Below, in pieces: positions 40,052 to 49,928 of a DNA stretch of 64,000 nt (position 1 is the first letter of the stretch; each line of letters starts with the position of its first letter). Both the position numbers and the translations under genes were made by a program. Under the pieces are notes generated by a model. The model was given only the letters and a program-made list of their open reading frames with translations, made no database searches and had not been told where the DNA came from. The stretch is from the NCBI GenBank assembly GCA_963816185.1, contig CAWFJJ010000001.1, positions 32,001 to 96,000 on the forward strand. The letters are read 5' to 3'. The DNA is from Thermoanaerobaculia bacterium (lineage in GTDB: Bacteria; Acidobacteriota; Thermoanaerobaculia; UBA5066).

Positions 40052-41483
40052 CCTCCGGCCTCGCCGCGGCCCCGCCCGTGGCTTCACGCTTCTCGAGGCG
40101 ATGGTGTCGCTGCTTCTCCTCGTCATCGTCCTCATCGTGGCGATGACGATGCTTTTCCAGATGCGCGCCTTCGCAGAGCGGCAGCAATACTTCATGCTCC
40201 CCCGCCAGGCGGCGCGCCGGGCCGCCGACTATCTCTCGTTCTATTTCGCGGGCGCCTCCGACGCCAACAACTACGTCAAGGACGCGCCCAGGAGCCCGAA
40301 CGCGCTGATCACGTATTACAACCTGAACAACAACCTGATACAGGCCTCGTACAACAACCTCGGGTGTCCCGACAGCTCCGGCTCCACCACCTGCACCGAG
40401 CCGGGAAACGGTGCCCGCGTCATTCCGGCGAACCCGCCCGCCATCCCGACGGCGATCAATTCCACCAAGTTCGGCGACATTGGAACCGACGTCATCACGA
40501 TCGTGTCGCCGTCCAATCCCGGCCGGTACCTGGTCTTCCCGAATTTCCCGCCTCTCGGTCCAAACGTCGACTTGTATTTCAACTTCCGGGTCGGCTGCGG
40601 AGGCGGTTGTGGCGCGCCCCCTTTGCCGGCGTGCCCGGCAGCGAGCGACACGGACAACATGAACGCCTTCAAGGCGGCTGCCGGGGACGCCGGCGCTGCT
40701 GGAAGCGCTCTCCTCATGCTCGTCGACAAGGGCGGGGCCTGGTCCTACCTGCAAATTCCGGCCGCCGGCTATGTGGCATCAGCCTGCAACGACGTGAATG
40801 GCAAGAACATCCACGTGAAAGTCGACACGGCCTCGACGACGCTTCCCGCGCCGCCGAACCCGACCGGAGCCGCCGTTTCGAATTTCGTGGATCCGGTCTA
40901 TCTGATCACCGGACTTCAGGTGATCTCCTTCCGCATCCTGACCGACGCCGTCGACGGGCTTCCGAAGCTCCAGCAGAAGATCGGACTCTTCGATCCGGCG
41001 ACCGACAACCCCGGCGTCGCCTTCACGAACGTGATGGAGAACGTGGAGGACCTGCAGGTCGCGTACATGTATGCGCGGCAGGCCGCCGAGGGAGGGGGAG
41101 GGCCTCCGGACGGCTCTCTCGTCTGGAACACGGCATCCCAGACGATCAAGTCGACCAGTCCCGGATGTGGCACGCTGCCCGCGCCCGCGTGCGACACGCA
41201 CGTGCCCTTCCAGGCGGGGCCCAACGGCGCTGCTCCGCCTCTCGACATCTCGAACGTGATCGGGGTGCGGGTCTCGGTCACGGGGCGGTCCCCGCTCCTT
41301 CCGCTCGCGGCCCAGAAGATGACGGACGTCAACGTCAACAATCCCCTGGCATCCACGACGAGCCAGCATTTCCGTCCGAGATCCGAGGATCACGACGTGA
41401 CGGATCCGCCGCAATACGATCTCTTCGACCACTATCGCCAGACGACGACCCTGCTGCTCCGCAACCGGATTCCGGGAGGATGA
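40026..41483 (+). CDS. Minor pilin PilW-like (large, Cys-rich)
   Basis: ARG|FTLLEAMVSL; NVEDLQVAY, VIGVRVSVTGRS and TTTLLLRN, typical of PilW. Confidence 0.82.
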   Translation: MWRSSRSSDLRPRRGPARGFTLLEAMVSLLLLVIVLIVAMTMLFQMRAFAERQQYFMLPRQAARRAADYLSFYFAGASDANNYVKDAPRSPNALITYYNLNNNLIQASYNNLGCPDSSGSTTCTEPGNGARVIPANPPAIPTAINSTKFGDIGTDVITIVSPSNPGRYLVFPNFPPLGPNVDLYFNFRVGCGGGCGAPPLPACPAASDTDNMNAFKAAAGDAGAAGSALLMLVDKGGAWSYLQIPAAGYVASACNDVNGKNIHVKVDTASTTLPAPPNPTGAAVSNFVDPVYLITGLQVISFRILTDAVDGLPKLQQKIGLFDPATDNPGVAFTNVMENVEDLQVAYMYARQAAEGGGGPPDGSLVWNTASQTIKSTSPGCGTLPAPACDTHVPFQAGPNGAAPPLDISNVIGVRVSVTGRSPLLPLAAQKMTDVNVNNPLASTTSQHFRPRSEDHDVTDPPQYDLFDHYRQTTTLLLRNRIPGG

Positions 41484-41487
41484 TGAG

Positions 41488-42132
41488 ATGAAAGATCGCG
41501 GCAGCGCCCTCGTCTCGGTGATCCTCGTTCTCCTCGTCCTCACGATCGTGGGAGTCGGCATCGCGTACTTCACGTCGATGGAGGACCGGCTCTCGGGAAA
41601 CACGCGGATCACGAAGGCCGGCTTCTACGCCGCCGACGCGGGCCTCAGGCGCGGCGAGGCCCTCCTGGGCGAAGTCATCAATCTCGACCCGCCGACCTGC
41701 GGTGCGCAGAGCCTGTCGCAGCTCCTCGCGGCGCGCACGGTGGGTTCGAACCTCAAGGTGCCCGGCGGGGGATACGACGCGCTGTCGCTCGACCTTTCGA
41801 CGCTTCCGGCCAACACGGTGGCGTGTCTCGGGGCGGACGCCCAAGCCTACACGAACATCCAGATCCCGCGGCCCGCGGGGGTTTCCGTCGTGGACAGGGT
41901 CTCGTACTCGCTCTACCTCCGCAACAACGTGGATGACCCGCAGGGCACGGACGTCGCGGACACGGACAGCATCGTGAACCTCATTTCCGTCGGAACGGTG
42001 CGGCTCGCGGCGGGCATGATCGTGACGAAGATCGTCGAGGAGCAGCTTCTCCTGACGAGCGGTGGGCCTTCGACCGGTGCCCAGAAAGACGTGAACGCCG
42101 GCGGAACGAACACCATCACCGGAAAGACGTGA
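41488..42132 (+). CDS. Minor pilin PilX-like
   Basis: DRG|SALVSVILVLLVLTI (no E5), RLSGN and AGFYAADAG, the PilX N-terminal pattern. Confidence 0.82.
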   Translation: MKDRGSALVSVILVLLVLTIVGVGIAYFTSMEDRLSGNTRITKAGFYAADAGLRRGEALLGEVINLDPPTCGAQSLSQLLAARTVGSNLKVPGGGYDALSLDLSTLPANTVACLGADAQAYTNIQIPRPAGVSVVDRVSYSLYLRNNVDDPQGTDVADTDSIVNLISVGTVRLAAGMIVTKIVEEQLLLTSGGPSTGAQKDVNAGGTNTITGKT

Positions 42133-42134
42133 TC

Positions 42135-42165
42135 GGATGACCGAGTGGATGACCGAGTGGATGAC
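42135..42165 (+). repeat. 12-bp tandem repeat (GGATGACCGAGT x ~2.5) between pilX and pilY1
   Basis: GGATGACCGAGT-GGATGACCGAGT-GGATGAC read directly from the sequence. Confidence 0.8.
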
Positions 42166-42171
42166 AAAGCC

Positions 42172-45100
42172 ATGACGAAACCTCGCTGCCCCATCACCCT
42201 TCCCGTCACCGTGAGGAAGGCGTGCGCTTACCTGCTCCTCTTCGTCATGGCCTTCGGAGGGGCCGGCACCCTCCAGGGCGCGACGCGAACCGAAGGGTTC
42301 GACCCGCTCCGCCAGATCACCGCACAGCTTCTCCGCGCGAACTTCCTCATCCTCCAGGACGTCAGCGGCTCGATGCGCTGGGACGTGCAGGCGCACTCCC
42401 TCATCGAGGACGAGGATTCCGTCGGCCGGCTCGTCTGGGCTGTCTCGTGCCTCGACTCGAACCCCGGCCCGACGCCGACGCCCACGCCAACGCCGACCGA
42501 AACGCCGACGGAAACGCCGACCTTTACGCCGACGTCCACCGTGACGTTGACACCCACCGTGACGCCGACCTTGACGCCGACCGAGACGCCCACCTCGACG
42601 GTGACACCGACGGTGACGCCGACGGCGACGCCGAGCCAGACGCCGACCGAGACGCCGACGCCGACGGTGACGCCGACCTTTACGCCGACGATGACGCCGA
42701 CGGTCACGCCGACGGTGACGCCGACGGGCACCGCGACGAACACAAAAACGCCGACGATGACGCCGACCGTGACGCCGACGTTCACGGTGACGTTTACGCC
42801 GACGAAGACGCCGACGGCGACGATCACGCCGACGATCACGCCGACTTCGACGAAGACGCCGACGAGGACGCCTTCGAGCACGCCGACGAAGACGCCGACG
42901 AAGACGCCGACGCGCACGATCACGAATACGCCGACGAAAACGCCGACGCCGCTGCCGACGAATACGCCGACGGTCACACCGACAAGCACACGGACGCCGA
43001 CGAGAACGCCGACGCCGACGATCACGCCGACGTTCACGATCACGAATACGCCGACGGTCACGCCGACGGCGACGAGAACCCCGACGAATACGCCGACGCG
43101 AACGCCGACGATCACGCCGACGGTGACGCCGACGTTCACGGTGACGAATACGCCGACCGTGACGCCGACTCCGACGATCACGCCGACGTCGAGTCCGACG
43201 CGGACTCCGACCAATACGCGGACGCCGACGGCGACGCCGACGGTGACTCCGACGGTCACTCCGACGCGAACCCCGACGGTCACGCCGACTTTCACGAAGA
43301 CGCCGACGGTCACCCCGACGTCCACGCCGACGTCCACGCGGACGCCGACGGTGACGCCGACGTCCACGCCGTCGCCCACTCCCACGTCCACGCCGACGCG
43401 GACGCCGACGCCCAAGATCAACGAGCTCACCATCCCGAGGAACCCGCTCGTGAAGCCGGACGAACGGCAGCCGGTCCTGGCCTCGGTGCGGCCTCACCGC
43501 CTGCCCGAGCCGGTCGCGCTGATCGCGTGGAACGGATCAGGTCATGGGTCGCTGAACATGGCTTCGGATTCGGATTCCTTCGAGGCCCCTCTGCCGCGCG
43601 AGCCGCACGGCGTCGCGATGGGGATCGCGGCTTTCATGGCCGTCGCCACACCGACGCCGGTCCCGAATCGCAGAGTCCCTGAAGCTAAGGCGACACCTTC
43701 ACCTTTGCCGACGCCATACCCGTGGGAAACTCCCGTGCCGGGCTTCACCCCGACTCCGCGTCCGGCGGACTCCCAGGGATGTCACCGCTGGCAGTACGCC
43801 CTCCGGTGGGAGCAGCCTTCGCGCCTCGCGATCCTCAAGAACGTCCTTGGCGACTCCGTGACGACGTACACGGCCTACACGGCGCCGGGGAATGGGAACC
43901 AGAACGATTGGCCGGATCCGACGTCGTATAACCCGTCGGGGATCGGCCACAGCGAGATCCCGAGCGCATGGAATTACAAGGCTCCGTCAGGGGCCGGCCC
44001 CACCGTGGGGGGACCGTGGGCCCACAACTGTGACGATCCCGGCGCCCCGCCCTGCGCGCTGCTGGGTGAACAGCCCGGAATCTCCTACTCCAAGGGAACC
44101 TGGGACTGGCCGGACCCGAACTCGAACGACCTGAAGTCGAACTACGACCCCGCCTGGCCGCCGTTTTATCATCCGGGGGCCGACACGACGGGATCCAGCG
44201 TTTACGAGGAGCCGACGTTCCCTCTCGTCCTTTTCCCCGCACCCTACGGAACGGCCGGAACCTACGACGGCTGGGCCTGGACGTTGAACTACGGTTACGG
44301 AGCCGCCCCGAACAACGACGTCATCTACGGGCCCGACCCGGGTCCGCCTTTCACGGTGATGGACGAGACGACGGACAATTCCTGCGGACTGGGATGCGGC
44401 AACTCCATTCCCGGATTCACAGGAACGCCGATCTCCTTCCCGGTGAGCTGGACGAACGCGGCCGGTGTCAACTTCACGGCCGAGACGCAGGACCCCAAGA
44501 CGAACGATGACAAAGTGACCCTCTTCAACGATCCGACGAAAGGCTCGAACCAGCCCTCCTGGAACCGGAACGGCGCCCGGGACGTCGTGGGCACGACGAA
44601 AGACGTCGTGAACTGGGGCCTCATGACGTTCTTCTCCGACGGGTACGCCCCGGTCTATGACCCGAAAGTCAACGTCGTCACCGTCGACACGGGCCCGGGC
44701 GACGTCACGGCCATCGAAGGATACATGCGCCTCCACTACTACAACTCGCTGCCGAACCCCGGCCTCGGAGTCGGCGGCGGCACGCCGACGAAAGGCGCCA
44801 TCGGCGCGGCGGACGGTTCCCTGAGCGCGACGTGGGACGTGGACCCGAAGAAGGCCTGCAATCGGCCCTATGGCGTCATCCTTTGCACCGACGGCCAGTC
44901 GAACGTCACGAATACGGGCAGCCCGGTTGACAAGGAATGGGACAAGACGTCGACGCCGTGCGCCCCGGACGCGGACGGGAGCGCCTTCCCCAACTTCCCT
45001 CCGGGCGCCGCGGAAGCCATGTATCTGAACGCGCATCTCGCGGGGCCCGGGGACGCCGTCGTGCGAACCCGTACGTTCGCGATCGGAATCTCGACCGACA

Positions 45101-47568
45101 TCTCGCGCTGCGAGCTGAACCGCATCGCGTACCGCGGCCGCACCGACGCGAATGCACCCTTCCTGGACGCCGGGTTCACCCTTTTCGATCCAACCGACCC
45201 GCCGGCCCTGCAAGGTGACGCCCGCCTCCCGCACATCGACCCGAGCCCCGACGTCGCCGGAACGACGGTTCCCACGAATGAGAGCGGGCCTGGAGTCCCG
45301 CCGGCGCCCAACCGGTTCGGTCCGGACCAGACACCGCCGGACACCCTCGACTATGCGTTCTTCGCGAACGACGCCCGGGCGCTCTCTGAAGCATTCCAGG
45401 CTATTGTGAACGGTTCGGCGCGGGGCGACTACACGACGACCCCCCCCGTTTCGGGAGCCGCCGTCGGCGTCGGGAGCACGGTCGTCCTGACCTCGGCGCA
45501 GTATCCTCTCTGGCGCGGCCACATCAAGGCGCTTGACACGTCAGGCGTTTTCGCATCGCCACCCGGGCCCATCGTCGACCTCTGGGACGCGGGAAGCGTT
45601 CTGGCGGCCCCGTCACAGCCGTGGCAGCCGAATCCCGACGGAACGGCCGGGCACCCGCGCCGGCAGCTCTATACGTGGAATCCGGTGAGCGGCGCCCTGG
45701 TCGAGATCAAGGTGGGCAACGAGGCAGCCATCAACACCGCTTGTGGCTCGGCCTGCACGAGCACGCCGATCACGTCCGCGATCGTCGACTTCATGCGTGG
45801 CATCGACACGCGGGATTTCAATTTAGTCAATAACGCGTTGGTTCCCAACCCAAACAAGGGTTTCCCGCGCCATTGGCTGCTGGGCCCCTCCATCAACGTG
45901 ACGCCCGCGATCGTGGGCCCCGCGCAGACATACTTCCAGACGGGCAACGTGGTGGATCACAAGCCCTTCGAGAGCACATACGCGAACCGGCACAGTCTCG
46001 TGTGGATCGGCGCCGACGACGGATTCCTGCATGCGCTCGACCTCGGAAGCAAAGATCACCCTGGAGACGGCTCCGAGGTCATCGGCCTGCTGCCCCCGAA
46101 CCTGATTCCGAACCAGGTCACGCTCTACGACACTTTCAACGACCCGGACCAGCAGGTCAGGACGGATACCGGACAGAACTCCGGGTTCCGGTTCGACCAG
46201 CACACCTGGGGCGTCGCGAGCTCGCTGAGATTCGCGGACGTGTGGTTCCCGTCGTGTGCTCCGAGCGGCTGCTACAAGACGGTCGGATTCCTGACCGAGG
46301 GGCCGGGGGGCAACTTCGTCGCCGCGATCGACATCACCCACCCCTATCCAGGCCGCACGCCCGCGGACCCCAATTACCCCGCGGACCCGAACTTCAACCC
46401 GGCGAAACCGGTCGACGTGCTCTGGACGAAGACCTCGTCGGACTACACGGACCTCTTCGGCTCCTGGAGCGTGCCCGCTGTTGCGAACGACACGTTCACG
46501 ACGAGCAAACTGACATTCGGCGCCGGCATCAATCCGGACAGCCTCTACCCCGTGGGCTCCAAGACGGAGCAGCCCGCGAACATCTTCGTCGTCGATCCGA
46601 CCAGCGGCGCCCTCCTGTCGACGACGGCGATCGCGCCCGTCGCGTCGCCGGAGACGACTTCGCTCGTTGGCCACCAGACGTTCACCGACTCGATCTTCTT
46701 CCAGACGGACGCCCTGGGCTTCCAGAACGACAACCTCGCGAATCTTTCGCTCCAGGGCGACGAGAACGGACGTGTCAACGCGCTCTATGGAGACTGGACG
46801 AGCCCGACTTCGAAGGTCCTCATCGACCTCAACGCGGTTTCGAAGGCCTCCTTGGGGGTGGACAGCCCTCAGCCTCTCTACTACTCGCCGTCGGCCAACG
46901 GATTCGGAACGCTCGGCACCCAGATCTTCGCTCTCGCAAGCGGCAGCTTCTACGAAACGAGCCCGACCGTCTCGGGCTGGAACGTGAATCGGACCGCCCC
47001 GAAGCCGCCGACAGGCTCGGGCTTCCCGGACGATCTTCCCGTCTTCGTGCCGACCCTCTTCGTCGCGGTGAATCCCAACAAGATCACGGATGGCGCCTTC
47101 GGCACGACGCTCGACTCGGCGCACGTCATCAGCAAGGTCATCGGCGGCGAGACGACCGGGATCCCGCTTCAGCTTACCGACCCGACGTACATCGCGGGCG
47201 TTCACACGCGCCTCGGGATTCATTCGCAGATCACGTCTTCGCCGCTCCTCGTGGTGGACTCGTCTTCGACGAAGCAAAATGTCTTCTTCACCGTCTTCGA
47301 CCCGGACTTCGGGTGCAACGGCTTCTCGTACGTCGTCAACGTGGAGTTCACGATCTCCGCGACCTCCGTGCCGGGGTTCAGCGCGACGACCGTGATCCCC
47401 GCCGCGCCAGGCGCTGCCGCCGGCTTCGTCGTAACGGACCAGGGTGCATTCATCGGGCAGAGCGGCGTCGGAAAGGGCGAGTCGACGCTCGTTCAGATCC
47501 ATATCCCCACACCCCAGCTGCCCGGCCATCCGAACTTCCGTCTCGGGTGGTGGAAGGAGCAGAAATAG
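42172..47568 (+). CDS. pilY1: PilY1-like pilus tip adhesin (vWA + beta-propeller) with Thr-Pro repeat insertion
   Basis: Signal peptide; [40 protein letters not shown] and TFAIG (vWA); [22 protein letters not shown] and [10 protein letters not shown] (PilY1 propeller); follows pilX. Confidence 0.88.
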   Translation: MTKPRCPITLPVTVRKACAYLLLFVMAFGGAGTLQGATRTEGFDPLRQITAQLLRANFLILQDVSGSMRWDVQAHSLIEDEDSVGRLVWAVSCLDSNPGPTPTPTPTPTETPTETPTFTPTSTVTLTPTVTPTLTPTETPTSTVTPTVTPTATPSQTPTETPTPTVTPTFTPTMTPTVTPTVTPTGTATNTKTPTMTPTVTPTFTVTFTPTKTPTATITPTITPTSTKTPTRTPSSTPTKTPTKTPTRTITNTPTKTPTPLPTNTPTVTPTSTRTPTRTPTPTITPTFTITNTPTVTPTATRTPTNTPTRTPTITPTVTPTFTVTNTPTVTPTPTITPTSSPTRTPTNTRTPTATPTVTPTVTPTRTPTVTPTFTKTPTVTPTSTPTSTRTPTVTPTSTPSPTPTSTPTRTPTPKINELTIPRNPLVKPDERQPVLASVRPHRLPEPVALIAWNGSGHGSLNMASDSDSFEAPLPREPHGVAMGIAAFMAVATPTPVPNRRVPEAKATPSPLPTPYPWETPVPGFTPTPRPADSQGCHRWQYALRWEQPSRLAILKNVLGDSVTTYTAYTAPGNGNQNDWPDPTSYNPSGIGHSEIPSAWNYKAPSGAGPTVGGPWAHNCDDPGAPPCALLGEQPGISYSKGTWDWPDPNSNDLKSNYDPAWPPFYHPGADTTGSSVYEEPTFPLVLFPAPYGTAGTYDGWAWTLNYGYGAAPNNDVIYGPDPGPPFTVMDETTDNSCGLGCGNSIPGFTGTPISFPVSWTNAAGVNFTAETQDPKTNDDKVTLFNDPTKGSNQPSWNRNGARDVVGTTKDVVNWGLMTFFSDGYAPVYDPKVNVVTVDTGPGDVTAIEGYMRLHYYNSLPNPGLGVGGGTPTKGAIGAADGSLSATWDVDPKKACNRPYGVILCTDGQSNVTNTGSPVDKEWDKTSTPCAPDADGSAFPNFPPGAAEAMYLNAHLAGPGDAVVRTRTFAIGISTDISRCELNRIAYRGRTDANAPFLDAGFTLFDPTDPPALQGDARLPHIDPSPDVAGTTVPTNESGPGVPPAPNRFGPDQTPPDTLDYAFFANDARALSEAFQAIVNGSARGDYTTTPPVSGAAVGVGSTVVLTSAQYPLWRGHIKALDTSGVFASPPGPIVDLWDAGSVLAAPSQPWQPNPDGTAGHPRRQLYTWNPVSGALVEIKVGNEAAINTACGSACTSTPITSAIVDFMRGIDTRDFNLVNNALVPNPNKGFPRHWLLGPSINVTPAIVGPAQTYFQTGNVVDHKPFESTYANRHSLVWIGADDGFLHALDLGSKDHPGDGSEVIGLLPPNLIPNQVTLYDTFNDPDQQVRTDTGQNSGFRFDQHTWGVASSLRFADVWFPSCAPSGCYKTVGFLTEGPGGNFVAAIDITHPYPGRTPADPNYPADPNFNPAKPVDVLWTKTSSDYTDLFGSWSVPAVANDTFTTSKLTFGAGINPDSLYPVGSKTEQPANIFVVDPTSGALLSTTAIAPVASPETTSLVGHQTFTDSIFFQTDALGFQNDNLANLSLQGDENGRVNALYGDWTSPTSKVLIDLNAVSKASLGVDSPQPLYYSPSANGFGTLGTQIFALASGSFYETSPTVSGWNVNRTAPKPPTGSGFPDDLPVFVPTLFVAVNPNKITDGAFGTTLDSAHVISKVIGGETTGIPLQLTDPTYIAGVHTRLGIHSQITSSPLLVVDSSSTKQNVFFTVFDPDFGCNGFSYVVNVEFTISATSVPGFSATTVIPAAPGAAAGFVVTDQGAFIGQSGVGKGESTLVQIHIPTPQLPGHPNFRLGWWKEQK
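42469..43413 (+). repeat. Intragenic low-complexity repeat encoding about 315 aa of (TPT-x)n
   Basis: Recurrent ACGCCGACG units translate to TPTxTPTx (x = V, I, F, R, K, N, S, E). Confidence 0.95.
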
Positions 47569-47601
47569 GCTCCGGAGTTCCTGGTGACAGGGGAAGGGGT
47601 G

Positions 47602-47628
47602 AGGGGGAACCCGTTCGGGGTTCCCCCT
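47602..47628. repeat. 11-bp stem palindrome downstream of pilY1
   Basis: AGGGGGAACCC-GTTCG-GGGTTCCCCCT with no downstream U-tract; core related to the 38497 palindrome. Confidence 0.65.
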
Positions 47629-47703
47629 GAAAATGATCAGCATGCTCGCCCGCTTTTTCCCAGTCGCGGGCGAAGCCCGCGCCGGGCGAGCTAGACTCCG
47701 CGC

Positions 47704-48939
47704 GTGGTCGCGGGGGCGAGGCCGTTCCTGCGTGAGAGAGGGTTCTCCCTACGAGAGCTCACTCTCACGCTCCTTCTCGTGGGCGCCGTCATCGTCGTCG
47801 CGGTCAGGCTGATCGACCTCCGGACGAAGCTCCTCGTCGTCGAGAAGGACGCTCCCGGACTCGCCGGCGTTCTGGACGTCGCCGAGCGCTCCATCTCGCG
47901 GGATATGGAAGGCGCTTTTCGCGGCGGCTTCGCCCTTCCCGACGCCATTTCCTCTGCCGAGGACAACACCTCCGCCACGGGCATCACCTCCTACCGTGAC
48001 GCGGGAGGAACGGTCGCGGTTCGGATGGGCACCGACCAGCTCCGGCTTCGCGGAGTGATCCGGTCGCCCCGCCTCGCCGTCGAGCCGCAAGGGGGGGACG
48101 GGACGAGCGTTCGCGACCGGATTCTGCGAAACGCTTCTTCCGTTCCTCTCCAGGCGGGCACGCCGCCCGAGGACCGCGACGCCGCGAAGAATCTCCAATC
48201 CGTGATCGAGCATCTCGGGGACCCTTCTCTTCGCTCGAAGCGGTTCTTCCTCGTGACCGATTCCGCAGGGCGTTACGCCGTCTCCGTCGTGCGCGCCTGG
48301 AATTCTCCTCCGGGTCCCGCTCGAACCATGGAATTCCTCCTCGACTTCACGGATCCGGACGCCGTGAGCTTGAACCCCGGCGGCGAGGCGGCTGCGGCCC
48401 GCTCTCTCTCCGAGATCGTGACCGCGGGAGTTCTGGACGACCTCGTGTGGTTCGTCGCGCAGGGGCCGGAGGGGCGGCTCCCCGATTACGACGCGGCGAT
48501 TGATCCGCCGTCGATGAAGTTTCCGCACCCGTATCTGGCCGTGGCGGCTTTCGCGGGAGGGGGCCGCTGGGAGATCACGCGCGTCGGAGAGGACGTCGAA
48601 GATCTTCAGGTGGCATGGGAGCTCTCCGGCGATGGAGGCGTGCTCACGTGGCGGGCCGACGTTGCCGGGAGTCCGGCTCCGAGGGCGAACGAGGTCTCGG
48701 ATTCCGCCGGGAAGCCGCTCCTCGTCGCGCTGAAAATCGCGATGACGGCCAAGGCGGAGCACCGCTATGTGCGCGGGGACGGCCCCCAGCCGTCGGTCGC
48801 TTTCGCCCCGCTCCTGAACGCTCCCGCACCCGACCTGCACGGCGCCGGGCCCGTGGGATGGAGCCCCGACGAGAGCCGGCGCATCCCGTTCGAGCGCACG
48901 ACGCGAGAGGTCGTCATCCCGACAGCTCTCGGACGGTGA
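47704..48939 (+). CDS. Second PilW-like prepilin with degenerate N-terminus
   Basis: ERG|FSLRELTLTLLLVG; GTDQLRL, EDVEDLQVAW and VALKIAMTAK. Confidence 0.65.
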   Translation: MVAGARPFLRERGFSLRELTLTLLLVGAVIVVAVRLIDLRTKLLVVEKDAPGLAGVLDVAERSISRDMEGAFRGGFALPDAISSAEDNTSATGITSYRDAGGTVAVRMGTDQLRLRGVIRSPRLAVEPQGGDGTSVRDRILRNASSVPLQAGTPPEDRDAAKNLQSVIEHLGDPSLRSKRFFLVTDSAGRYAVSVVRAWNSPPGPARTMEFLLDFTDPDAVSLNPGGEAAAARSLSEIVTAGVLDDLVWFVAQGPEGRLPDYDAAIDPPSMKFPHPYLAVAAFAGGGRWEITRVGEDVEDLQVAWELSGDGGVLTWRADVAGSPAPRANEVSDSAGKPLLVALKIAMTAKAEHRYVRGDGPQPSVAFAPLLNAPAPDLHGAGPVGWSPDESRRIPFERTTREVVIPTALGR

Positions 48940-49028
48940 AGGGGGGATGGGGGCGTGCGAAACGCGCGGCGCGCCAGCCCATTCCGGGGTGTAAAATACG
49001 ATGACGTCTCATCTCGAAAGGAGATCCC

Positions 49029-49913
49029 ATGCGGCGGCTCCTCGTAGTGTTGGTTCTCGCATGTCTTGCCGGCCTCGCCGGGGCCGACGAGATCTGGCTC
49101 AGGGACGGTCGCAGGATCGTGACGAAAAAGCCTCTCGTTCAGAAAGGCAGCCTTGCGCTTCTCACGACGATGGACGGAGTGCTCATGTCCATCCCCCTCT
49201 CGGAGATCGACCTCGCCAAGACGGCCGAGAAAGCGCGTGCCGCGTCGGCTACTCCGGTGCCGACCGCGAGCATCCCGAAACCCCTCACGCCCGCTGAAGC
49301 AGCGAAGCGGAAGAGCGGCCGGCGGGCCGCGGTCGTGCTCACCGACGACTCCGTGGCGCACGGAATCGGCGAGGAACAGGGTGAGAATAAAGAGGGCGAA
49401 GGCGAGGGTCGCGTCGACGTTGCGAACACGTCCGCGACGAAGACGAAAGACGGCTATTCGTTTTCCGGGTCGGTGATCAACAGCGGCGCGTCGGAGGTCT
49501 CCGGCGTGTCGGTCACGGTCGAGGTCGTCGGCAAGGACGGCAAGACCTCCTCTTCCGCGTTCGCGCAGCTCGCAAAGGACACGCTGGCGCCGGGCGAGAA
49601 GTCGACCTTCACGGCGTCGACGTCGATGGAAGGGGAGGCCGCCTCGTACAAGTACGTGCCACGCTGGCAGGTCCGGATCCCGGTCAAGGCGGCGAGCGAA
49701 GCAAAGGCGCCCGGAGGCGCGGCTCAAAAGCCCGAGGCCGAGGGCGGGCAGGCGCCCGCGCCGACCCCGCCGCCGGCACCCACGCTCGTGCCGATTCAGC
49801 GATCCGACGTCGCGCCGCCCGCGGCGAACGCGCCGACGGGAAACCCTGCTAACGGGACTTTCATCCCGGAGAACGAGTCGACGGTGCCCTCGCCGAAACC
49901 TCCGGGCACCTGA
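49029..49913 (+). CDS. Exported protein with FxLYD-like Ig domain and Pro-rich tail
   Basis: Signal peptide, DEIWLRDG and GSVINSG...VSVTVEVVGKDGK...LAPGEKSTF. Confidence 0.65.
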   Translation: MRRLLVVLVLACLAGLAGADEIWLRDGRRIVTKKPLVQKGSLALLTTMDGVLMSIPLSEIDLAKTAEKARAASATPVPTASIPKPLTPAEAAKRKSGRRAAVVLTDDSVAHGIGEEQGENKEGEGEGRVDVANTSATKTKDGYSFSGSVINSGASEVSGVSVTVEVVGKDGKTSSSAFAQLAKDTLAPGEKSTFTASTSMEGEAASYKYVPRWQVRIPVKAASEAKAPGGAAQKPEAEGGQAPAPTPPPAPTLVPIQRSDVAPPAANAPTGNPANGTFIPENESTVPSPKPPGT

Positions 49914-49928
49914 CCTTCTCGGAACCAG

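Noticed and set aside
42469-43413. Possible CRISPR array or non-coding tandem array
   Set aside because: The units are short degenerate codon repeats with no unique spacers, lie in frame within pilY1, and no cas genes are present.
42228-43433. Val-Gly repeat ORF on the - strand and Asp/Ala/His repeat ORF in another + frame
   Set aside because: Both are alternative readings of the PilY1 Thr-Pro repeat.
47602-47628. Intrinsic terminator for pilY1
   Set aside because: Strong stem but no downstream U-tract on either strand; kept only as a palindrome.
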